NCBI RefSeq assembly: GCF_009834535.1
Contig: NC_045696.1
Span: 16,556,001 to 16,620,000 of the forward strand
Direction of reading: 5' to 3'
Length of the DNA stretch: 64,000 bases
From: Camelus ferus
Taxonomy: Eukaryota
The position numbers were made by a program, and so were the translations under genes. The notes below the pieces were generated by a model. The model was given only the letters and a program-made list of their open reading frames with translations, did no database searches and was not told the DNA's origin. How positions within the stretch are numbered: the stretch's first letter is position 1; every line of letters starts with the position of its first letter. Positions 1 to 10,248 of this stretch are shown here, in pieces.

Positions 1-1244
1 GTAACGAGAAGAATCTAAATCACATTTCCTGTAATGTCCCAAGATTGAATGTTACATGTAAAAAAAGCACACGTTGATAAAAGGAAACCAACCTGTTTTC
101 TATGCTGAGGAATGGGACTTTGAGACACGCTTCAGAGAACAATGTGGGTGGGGAGTTTTTTAAATGAATTATCCACCTGCCACGTATTCAGAAAATTTTG
201 GTCAAGACAGTCCTTTGATTTTAGTAACACATGGGATTTCACACTTTCTCTGAGCAATTCAAGTTTCCTTCTCAGAATCTTTTAACTGCTTAGCTTCAAT
301 TGTATCATGTCATAAACTGAAACATTTATGGGCTCAAATGTAAAATGGTTCTTAAAAATAAAGTTGAAAAATAATTTTAGTAATAAAATATTGGGTAAGA
401 TTTGAAAATCCTTATTCAATGTAGTACTCAATGGAAGAGAAAAGACTTAAGTAGATAAAGTAGATTCCAGTGCCTCACTGTTTCATCCATATTTGGAATT
501 GTGAATTAAAGCCCTTCTATCATAGAATATGGATAATCAGAGACTGCATTTTAAAATTAATTAATCAAAGTGCCTCCTATTTTTGTTTTATTAAAAATTC
601 AAGCATAGGAAATTGTATTTGACATTGAGAGAAGAACATAGGACACAAAAGTAATCACTGGTGAAAAACGTTATTTATTATCAATACAAAAATCAAAATA
701 ATAGAATTTAATGTAACTTATTCTAGGGAACCTATTTAAAGAATTTGTCAATTTAAAGAATTTAAAGCATAGGATTATACATCAGTTCTTTTCTAACTGA
801 CATTCAAAAATGTACTTAATATAAACCAGAGCTCTTTGTTAGATAAAAACCTAGGTTAGTGTAGAGCATCATAGTTTAAGTGAGATTGTTAGACATTTTG
901 AATAATTTTCTTCCTAAAATTTTACTGAAAGGAAAATGCTTCTGTGAGTAGTAGGCAATTATATTCTTAATTTAAATATTTACTTTAGAAAAAAATGATT
1001 TAGATGTTACTTATGAATGAGTTTTGAAAGTGCTGGATCTTACAGTTGGGCATGAGTCAACATGGATTTTTTGACAAATAAATCCCATCAAATGAACTGA
1101 CTTTTTAAAAACTGAAATAATCATGGTCATAGACACTCCCCTTAAATAAGATCCAACCCACCTGTCTAGACAAAGTGACTTATATAGTTACTATTTGATT
1201 TTAGAATTCCTGGAATATACTAGTCACACCTACCATTTGCTGGG

Positions 1245-1430
1245 CAACTACTTTATGTCAGACATTTTACCAGGCATCTTTCATGATTTCTCATTAAGTT
1301 CTCAAAAAGTCATGGGGCCATTGTGTGCATATTACAGATAAGGAAAATGGGGTCTCAGTTTAAAAGATTTGTCCCACGTTGTACTGTAAGTGGCAGAGAC
1401 AGAGCTGAGATATGTCTTTTTCTGAAGCCT
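1245..1430 (-). mobile_element. MIR SINE relic
   Basis: Reverse-complement MIR core 'attacagataaggaaaatggggtctcag...aagtggcagagacagagctgaga'. Confidence 0.6.
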
Positions 1431-2199
1431 CCGTTCTTTCCCTCAGCCTCGGACTGTCTCACCCAAGGCCAAAGACAGCCCTGGCTCCAGGAATCCCAGC
1501 AAAGTCTTGGGCAACCCCAGGTGGGTTGGTTCCTTGATCTGCAGGTGTGTTCTAATGGCTGCTGGAGAGTCAGTAAGGCCATTCTGCTCTGTTAGAAGCT
1601 TCCTATGCCTGCTAAATTATCTGCACTTGGTGAAGCCATTTTTCTGACCAATAAGATAAAACTCAAGAGACCTGCCTCCCAGAATAGCTGGATCTCCGTG
1701 CTGCCCAGCTCTTGATGCACAGACAAAACTGAGATTGTTATTTACTCATCGATCCCAATCTTTAGCAAAACTTCAGAACTCTTAGCTAAAATGCTCCAGG
1801 CATTTTATCATAAATCTGTAACGCAGGACTGAATAAAAAAGATTAAAGCAGAAAATTATGAATTCAAAAAGAAATTCTAGTAAATACATTCAAGGCAGAC
1901 AGTTCACTGAAAGGATCAACTACTAGATAGACCTCAAGCAAAACAACAAAAATAATAACAGCCACAGGAAAAAGATGTATTTTCATCTCTGTGTCTAATG
2001 CAAGCGGAATCGGAGTATCCTCTGATTAAAATGCTCTTTTTATTGAACAGTGCGTCACTCACCAGTCCTTTGTTTTTCTGTTCAATCTCATCCCTCACCT
2101 GTGAGTATTCTCACATCTTTCTCACCCCCAAAAAATTTTTTTTCCTGGTTCTTGATGGTGGAATATATGCCCTTAGGTCAGCATGAAGGTAAGATCACA

Positions 2200-2400
2200 G
2201 ATTCTGGGGATAGGCTGTTAATTTCTAGCTGCTGCTGCTGATCAAAATGACTTAACTTCCCTGTCCCTGTTTCCTTCCTCTTTAGAAGAGAGACAATAAT
2301 AGTTCTTCCCAGATAGGGTTGGGGTGGGGATTAAGTGAGTTTTTTTATGTAAAGAATTTATGGTAATACCTGCCACAAAGAAAGTGCTAATTATATTAAC
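2200..2400 (+). mobile_element. MIR SINE relic
   Basis: 'gacttaacttccctgtccctgtttcc...ataatagttcttcccagatagggttggggtggggattaagtgag...aagtgct' follows the MIR core and 3' end. Confidence 0.6.
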
Positions 2401-3123
2401 GTGCTTATTTTACTGGTCTTAGATACTATGCTGTTCTTGCATTGGGGACACTCATCACTGCTGTCTACTTGGTGAGGAGTATTTGGCATCTAGCACGTAT
2501 GCTGGTGCTGTCACAGCCATTTTCTCTAAGAAACAGGAATTCGTTATTCTCTGTTTTTGATGCACTGATTAGTCCTATGGCAGAACCAAGAGGATTGCAA
2601 TTCTTACTGGCCTTCAGAGAGGATGCGATTTTGAATTTGAGGCTGGAATGTTCTTCCTGTGTATAAACTGAGGAAAATCTCTCTGGTCATTTCTTAGTGC
2701 TCCCTTTTTTCCCCATGTAAGCTACAAATGATTCGTAAGTGTTGAGACTAGTTTTGTTAAAGAGAAAAGGCTCCCTGGTTATTTAAAATATACCACTAAA
2801 GCTTATCATTTATGGGCCCCATTTAGTGAACTCGGATCTCCAAAGCAGTATGAGATTGCAAAGCAACGAGCCTGGGCAGTGGTCTGAAAAGATTTACTGA
2901 TGATCACATGAAGGTGCTTCCACTAAAATGTAAACTTCGAGGGAGGGAAAGGATCCCTTTGTAATTTGCTGTCCAGAGACGGACACGCTTTAGGATACAT
3001 GTCTATCAACACCATATGACTTTTGAATACTGTATGTTCCACCGCTGCCTGCTGTATCCACAACACTGTGGTGTCTGTGATTCAGAGTAACTGTTGACAT
3101 AGTGAGTCATTCTACTCTTGGTT

Positions 3124-3250
3124 TTTGTTTTTGTAAAGGGGGGAGGTAGTTAGGTTTATTTATTTATGTTTAGTAGATGTACTGGGGATCGAACCCAGGA
3201 CCTTGTGTATGGTAAGCGTGCAGTCTACCACTTGAGCTATACCCTCCCCC
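3124..3250 (-). mobile_element. tRNA-derived SINE, Vic-1-like (camelid)
   Basis: Minus strand reads GGGGGAGGGTATAGCTCAAGTGGTAGA (A box)...GGTTCGATCCCCAG (B box), then an AT-rich segment, ACCTCCCCCC and an A-rich tail. TSD actcttggtt at 3114-3123 and 3252-3261. Confidence 0.88.
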
Positions 3251-4939
3251 AACTCTTGGTTAATCAAGAGAATTTGTGAGATTGATTTAAGGAGGAAAGG
3301 TATGGTAGTATGTACAGAAAACAGCTGGCTTTTAGCAGCAGTTTAAGTGTGTTGCTATAAAAACAATAACCAGGTAGAGACTTGAAGAAATACCTATGGA
3401 TTCTCATGCATGACTTCTTTCCTGTTTGCTTTATAATGTAAAGTTATTTAACCTAATAATTGTCATCACTAATTGTTTATTGAATTGAATAAGTATCAGG
3501 CATTATACTAAGTAGATTAATAAAAATTATTATTTGAATTCAAAGGATGTGATCAAGTTTATGAAGTATGACTAAAAATGTGAAATACTGGCAGACATTA
3601 TTAAAGGTACTTATTTTGGTTGAATGTTTATTTAATATGCTCTGTTACCAATAGAATGACAGTTCTAGGGAACGCCAAGGCAATTTTATGTGAAGGTGTT
3701 ATCATGGGAAAGATCGACATATATTTACTGAAATTAGAGCATTGCCTCTTCAAAGAAATTTTCGGAAGCTTCTTCACTAATTTCCAAATATCTCTAAACT
3801 AATTTCCTCTAGAATAATTTCCAAATATCTCCTAGGTCATTATATTAAAAGGGATGCAATGATCTTTGAAAATGCAGGAAGTCTTTCTGGAGTGTTGACC
3901 TCCGAATATTTCAGGCCATTATTACTGAACTGTCCATCCCTGGCACCTAAGTGTTGGGGGTGCTCCTGAGAGAGGAATGCTTGAGCACGACTGAGATGCC
4001 TGGGACGGGCACCACAAGCCAGAAGCTGATTCAGTGACAAAGGTCCACCTTCCTTCCTTCTTTGCTTGTTTACATTCCTCTTTCCTGGATACTGCTTTTT
4101 GTGCTTGGATATTCCTTTATTCCTTGAGAAATAGGGAACAAATACCCAGAGAGCTGATTATAAGGTTACTAAATGGCCAGGGGGGTAGATTGGATGTCTA
4201 GTGCCAGTTAACTCAGCTTTCTGCAAACCACACCCTAAGTAGTTATTAACATGTAATAATTGGTACATAAATTTGTATCTCTCCCCAGGAACTAGGGGAG
4301 GCCTTCCCCTGTTCAATTAAGCCTATTTAGAACATAGATGTGATGACTGGGGATGAGGCAGCCATTTTGTGATCATAATGATATTACAAATTTAGAAAGA
4401 AAAAATTTACACATGTAATTTTTTGATTTAGAACTCTGGTGCTGTGTCAGTGAAAAATTACACAATGTAACTCCAGACAGTGTCACAGCTCTAAGACCAG
4501 TCAGTTGATAGCTACCTGAAGCTGGCAGTTGTCAGTAGCTCAAATTCTGAAGAGAAATATGATGGCATACACATTATTCATGTAGGAGTGTTTCAAGAAT
4601 TTCATTTCCCTCTGCCTGGTGAGAGGGTCCTGGGTTCTTTGGGTCTATTGGATCCCTCTCTGCACCATTTGATGGGGCTGCCTTGATGGAAGGATGCTCT
4701 GTGACTCATTATGCAGAATCAGAAGGCAAGGATGATGACACGAAGGACAATAGTCTTGCAGGTGGGTCAGGAGGAAAAGTTTCTTTTTCCCATTTTTTAG
4801 GGACTGTGTGTAAGAGGTATTAGAGCAGCTCTGGCATGTGGGAAAGTGGATGTGAGATTCAAGAAATCCGCTTGTGGCAGGTACTAAAGGTTTAATGGTT
4901 TGACTCTCTTTCTGGTCCCTGCACCCCTTGCCTTTCTCT

Positions 4940-5277
4940 AACATAGAGACTGAGTAACAGCATGCTCAGTGTCTCGGGTGCCCTTGCATGTAGGAGTGGC
5001 CGTGGCCATGATTCTGGCCAGTAAGATATGGACTGTAGTGTATGGGGAGGTGAAAATTACCTTTCTGAATAAATCCTTGCTGGGAGAAAGCTCTTGTTCC
5101 CTTTCTCTCTTTCCCTGTAAAACGTAGAGCATCTTAGAAAGGTCATGATGAAATCATTTGCCAAGGGCGGTGAGAGAGCGAGAAAGAAGGAGCAACACAG
5201 TGGATCTCCCACGTTGAAACTGGATTGCCTCCCCCTGGACATTGTGAAGTGAAAAAAGAGAAAAAAGGAAAACCTTG
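4940..5277 (+). mobile_element. Old MaLR LTR (MLT1-type), 5' part; 3' end resumes at about 6660-6715
   Basis: 'cccttgcatgtaggagtggccgtggccatgattctggccagtaagatatg' resembles the MLT1 5' motif; 'tttaagccattctg...ttacttacagc' after 6660 resembles the MLT1 3' end. Confidence 0.55.
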
Positions 5278-5378
5278 TGTATCAGGTAGGGTCTTGGCAG
5301 ACACAAGGGGTGGAGCAAAAGGCTTTAAAAATAATTTAATGAAGAGACTTTACAGAGGTGTGAGGAAGGATGAAGGAA

Positions 5379-5997
5379 ATATACCAGAGTCCTTGAGAGA
5401 AATAGAATCAATAGACTTCCTTCCTTCCTTCCTTCCTTCCTTCCTTCCTTCCTTTCCTTCCTTTCCTTCCTTCCTTCCTTCCTTCCTTCCTTCCTTCCTT
5501 CCTTCCTTCCTTCCTTCCTTCCTTCCTTCCATCCTTCCTTCCTTCCTTCCTTCCTTCCTTCCTTCCTTCCATCCTTCCTTCCTTTCCTTCCTTCCTTCCT
5601 TCCTTCCTTCCTTCCTTCCTTCCTTCCTTCCTTCCTTCCTTCCTTCCTTCTTCGTTCCTTCCTTCCTTCCTTCTAGCTTAAATGATTATGAGGTTGGCAA
5701 GTCTACAGTCTGCAGAACCAGCATCTTAGTTTGAGCCTGAAGTCAACAGGCTACTGTAGAGCCAAGAACTGATGTCCAAGTTCACAGGCCAACAGGCAGG
5801 ACAATTCTCTCTTACTTGGTAGAGAGTCAGCCTTTTTGTACTATTTGGACCTTTAACCAGTTGGATGAGGCTCACCCACGTTAGGAGGACAATGTGCTTT
5901 ACTCAGTCTGCCTCCATAGACACACTCAGAATAATGTTTGACAAAATATCTGGGCACCTTGAGACCCAGTCAAATTGATACATAAAATCAACCAACA
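5379..5997 (-). mobile_element. MLT2 (ERVL) LTR
   Basis: 'gttggatgaggctcacccac...aataatgtttgacaaaatatctgggcacc...cccagtcaaattgatacataaaatcaaccaaca'. 5-bp TSD aggaa at 5374-5378 and 5998-6002. Confidence 0.8.
5416..5673. repeat. (TTCC)n microsatellite, about 258 bp
   Basis: Near-perfect TTCC tandem array read directly from the sequence. Confidence 0.98.
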
Positions 5998-6046
5998 AGG
6001 AACTAACAAGAGATGGTGCAACACCACTAGAAATAGTGGGGATTCT

Positions 6047-6350
6047 CATAGACATAGAATACAAACTTGTGGTTGCCAAGGGGTGTGGTGGGAAGGGACA
6101 GACTGGGAATTCAAAATTTGTAGATACAGACAGGCATATGCAGAATAGATAAACAAGATTATACTGTGTAGCACAGGGAAATATATACAAGATTACAAGA
6201 TCTTGTGGTAGCTCATAGCGAAAAAAATGTGACAATGAATATACGTATATTCATGTATAACTGAAAAATTGTGCTCTACACTGGAATTTGACACAACATT
6301 GTAAAATGACTGTAACTCAATAAAAAATGTTAAAAAGAAAAAAAAAGAAG
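6047..6350 (+). mobile_element. Young 5'-truncated L1 (3' UTR and poly(A))
   Basis: 'catagacatagaatacaaacttgtggttgccaagggg...tcaataaaaaatgttaaaaagaaaaaaaaa'. TSD gtggggattct at 6036-6046 and 6351-6361. Confidence 0.9.
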
Positions 6351-8403
6351 GTGGGGATTCTGATCAGTTAAGGGAGGGACAGTACTCACTGGAGCCAGAA
6401 AAAACTTTAGTCAGAAGAGATGCTGCCTCATATGACCTGTGACTACAAAGGAAAGTAACTTTGCCAGAACTGTAGCTACACAAGTAAAAGGGGTGGGGGT
6501 GGAGATTATGGGAAATAAATACAAGATCCTTTCTCTTCCCACTTAAGCCAGAGGACAGAAGAGCTTGAGTAAGGCTATCTGTGGAAGTCAGCCTCCTGGG
6601 ACCTGGAACAGGGCAGAGATTGGTGAAGGTAAGTGGGGAGATTGAGAATAAGCAGCACACATTAATAATTTAAGCCATTCTGTAAAATGACTTCATTACT
6701 TACAGCAACAACTTCATAAAGTTAATTTAAAAAAGCCATTGTAGGGTAAGTAAACCAATCAGTCAACTGCAATCCCAACTGTTACAGAAGGTGACAAATG
6801 AGTTATTTTAGTCACTGGACTTTGTTCTCTTGATTGAAACACTATTCATATCGGACCATATGGATGATGGCTTTTGACATATTGCCCAACTAAGATACTA
6901 TAGGGAAGTTTACCAGAAACCTGTGATTTGCTTTATGATTTACATATTAAATGATTTCATATGTTTCTCAATACATTTTCTCATTGGCATAATACAAAAA
7001 ATAAGTATACATTAAAGAGTTGTAGGTGATTTGCTAGAATGGAAAATTAGTATCTCCATATTCCTGCTAAGGAATGTTGAACGAATATTCAAACAACGTT
7101 GACTTAAAGGAGAATCAAATTACTAGTCTCTCTTGTTCTTACAGTGGGTCCAGGGTTCTAGCTAATTCCTACTTTATGGATTGAGGTGTTTCTAACATTT
7201 GAAGAGACAGTTTGGTCTTGCGGTTGGATGACATATGATCCAGCTATGACTGGTGCTTTCCTGGAGCTGACTAAGGCAGGGATTCAGTTTATTTTTGCAG
7301 GAATCTGCACATGGGGCAGTATCTGGATCTTCCAGGACTCCAGTTGATTCCTGTGGACCTTGGAGTTTGGCTCAGGAAGCAGAAGGCAGCAGCTCTAGTT
7401 CCATGATACAGAACTACCGGGGTTGGAGATGCTGGCCAACCTGTTCGTGGAGAAGAGAAACTATTTTCTATGATACCATCAGGTGGTTTATCCGACGGGT
7501 GGGCCAATACATGGAATCAGTCATGAACTCGTAATTCCTACTTGAAAGCAGACATGGCTAAGTGCTTATCTAGGTCTGCTGTGACTAAAGTTAAATATTT
7601 TTAAATGTGTGGGTGTGGCAGTCCAGGATACAGATCAGCCAAGGAGCTGAATTACCCAGAGAAAGGAACAACGCCACCGATCCAAACTTGGCAGCTTTGC
7701 ATGCTGCTGTTAAACAGCGCTGACTCATAGCAGCTGTGGTCATTTTCAAGCGTCCAAAAAGACTGGCTGAAAGGACAGGAATCCCACAGCATGTGATGGT
7801 CACCTAAATTGAATGGCACGGCCCCTTGAATGCTTGAAACCTTTCTCAAATATACTAATGTGTGAGGCTCAGTGGCATTTAGGGACCCATAGGCTGAAGA
7901 GCCCAGATTTCCTTAGCAGATCATAATACTGGCGTGGGTTAAGATGCAGAGGACTGGGATTCTGTTGAACATGGTACATCGCTTGAGGGTCCTTAGTTTC
8001 TCTATCCTTTATAATAAAATGGTTGGTGGATACTGTTCTTTGAAGATAACCATGGAATTTTGACTATAGTTAGTACAAATTTTATGGGTTGTTAGAGGTT
8101 TTTCCAAGTTTTATTTTTATCTCTCTTTTTTTTTTTTTTTGAGTTGTTAGCATGAAAATCCAGTACTTTTCGCATGGGCATGGAAAACACGACCTTTGTG
8201 CTAACTATTCAGAGCTTCTGGTTGGCATTATGTTGCATGGTCCATTAAAGCGTATATATCTCATTGTTCTGCTGCAACACTCAGCTGATATCTAGAGATA
8301 ACTGAAAAGCAAATTAATTATTTTTAGTGCAATCTCTTGACAACAGAGAGTGCATACCTCCATAATGTCCAGTTAAATATCTTAAAAAATCCCTCCACAT
8401 ATT

Positions 8404-8615
8404 TTATTGAAGTATAGTCAGTTTACAATGTTGCGTCAAGTTCTGGTGCACAGCACAATGTTTCAGTCACACGTATACATACATATATTCCTTTTCATAT
8501 TCTTTTCCATTATAGGTTACTACAAGACATTGAATATAGTTCACTGTGCTATACAGTATAAACTTTCTGTTTATCTATTTTATATGTAGTAGTTAGTATC
8601 TGCAAATCTCAAAGT
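8404..8615 (-). mobile_element. L1 3' UTR fragment
   Basis: 'ttttattgaagtatagtcagtttacaatgttg...gtatctgcaaatctcaaa'. Imperfect TSD tccctc(ca)catatttt on both sides. Confidence 0.85.
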
Positions 8616-8624
8616 CTTCCCTCA

Positions 8625-8930
8625 TATTTTGGTTATCCACTGCTGTGGAGCAAGCCACCCCTGTACGAGGCTGAACATCAGTGACTGGGTTGATGACGTC
8701 ACGTGGGCGGTGGTTCTGTTCTCTTGCTGTTGGCTGATGCTGTTGCAGGCTCATCTGGGCTCATGTAAGAAGCCACTGCAGAACTTTTTAGGCTCAGCCT
8801 TGAACGTTACACAATATCACTTCTGTCCCACTTTATTGGCCAAAGCAAGTCACAGATTCAAACCGATTAAAGAAGACGATCCCTCTTGATAAGTGTAGTG
8901 GCAACGTTTGTGGCCAGCTTTCATCCTCTG
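8625..8930 (-). mobile_element. Old MaLR (MLT1-type) LTR relic
   Basis: 'tcacttctgtcccactttattggccaaagcaagtcacag' is a typical reverse-strand MLT1 motif. Confidence 0.55.
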
Positions 8931-9587
8931 CAGCTCTCTCAATATCCCTCGGGCATGGCAGCTGCTGCCGAACCTCTCTCCTCTCTTACTCTCACCCCTG
9001 CCCAGACCTTCCCCCTCCAGTTCTGTCTCTCAAATAGTTTCTGTCACCTCCCCACTGCTTTCTTTCCAGTCCACACCTTTCATTCCTCATTCATCTCTAT
9101 CCTTTCCGCCATGAACCCAGATAGCATTTTTAGTTTCCTTACTCATCGCCTTGATTTCCATAATACATCATTGATTTTCTTCAGGATTGTGAACAGCATG
9201 ATGCTTCTTAATGGGAGCAAGCAGAGTGGAGAGTGGGTGGAGTTACTGGTTTTATTCCTGCCGTATCTGTGTTTAGGGGATGCACAGCACCATGGGAGTT
9301 GATTTTGGTTTTCATTGCAGATGACACCAGTTGATTTTTAAAACTGTGACACAAGGGGAGGGTGGGCAGAGAAGGTGACTGACTCAGGACTGAGTTCTGG
9401 AGGTTGCCTGAGGCACATGACGCCTCAGGACTGTTGGGGATGGTGCTTATTGGGTACCATGTTATTTTGAAGAGTGACAGTGCTGGTTCTAGGGAAATCT
9501 TTAAGATTTTAAAGAGTTTAATTGTGACTTGAGTCTTCTCAGGAGTATAGTCCTTGCAGAAGTTAGTTTCTGAAGACGATGAACTTT

Positions 9588-10248
9588 TTTTTTTTTAAAC
9601 ATTTTTTATTGATTTATAATCATTTTACAATGTGTCAAATTCCAGTGTTCAGCACAATTTTTCAGTCATTCATGGACATTTACACACTCATTGTCACATT
9701 TTTTTCTCTGTGAGTTATCATAACATTTTGTGTATGTTTCCCTGTTCTATACAGTGTAATCTTGTTTATCTATTCTACAATTTTGAAATCCCAGTCTATC
9801 CCTTCCCACCCTCCACCCCCCTGGCAACCACAAGTCTGTATTCTCTGTCTATGAGTCTATTTCTGTCCTGTATTTACGCTTTGTTTTTGTTTGTTTGTTT
9901 GTTTGTTTTTGTTTTTTAGATTCCACATATAAGTGATCTCATATGGTATTTTTCTTTCTCTTTCTGGCTTACTTCACTTAGAATGACATTCTCCAGGAGC
10001 ATCCATGTTGCTGCAAATGGCATTATGTTGTCAGTTTTTATGGCTGAGTAGTATTCCATTGTATAAATATACCACATCTTCTTTATCCAGTCACCTGTTG
10101 ATGGACATTTAGGCTGTTTCCATGTTTTGGCTATAGTAAATAGTGCTGCTATGAACATTGGGGTGCAGGTGTCATCCTGAAGTAGGGTTCCTTCTGGATA
10201 CAAGCCCAGGAGTGGGATTCCTGGGTCATATGGTAAGTCTATTCCTAG
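9588..10248 (-). mobile_element. Young 5'-truncated L1 with intact ORF2 C-terminus
   Basis: ORF 9916-10203(-) ...CTPMFIAALFTIAKTWKQPKCPS...WYIYTMEYYSAIK... is the L1 ORF2p C-terminus. Poly(T) at the left end; perfect 17-bp TSD tgaagacgatgaacttt at 9571-9587 and 10249-10265. Confidence 0.96.

Larger units (their letters stand above)
5278..6659 (-). mobile_element. ERVL solo LTR, LTR33-like, interrupted by MLT2 and L1
   Basis: TG...CA ends. Minus strand begins TGTGCTGCTTATTCTC...CCCAGGAGGCTGACTTCCACAGA...CCTCTGGCTT, as in the LTR33 group. Confidence 0.6.

Noticed and set aside
3180..3250. tRNA-like sequence
   Set aside because: It is the head of a SINE with a tail and TSD, and has no proper acceptor-stem 3' end.
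5225..5734. Longest ORF (169 aa, LPSF repeats) and its antisense EGRK-repeat ORF
   Set aside because: Translation of the (TTCC)n microsatellite, which contains no stop codons.
8886..9302. 138-aa ORF
   Set aside because: Starts at a TTG in an LTR relic and crosses pyrimidine-rich low-complexity DNA; no recognisable domain.
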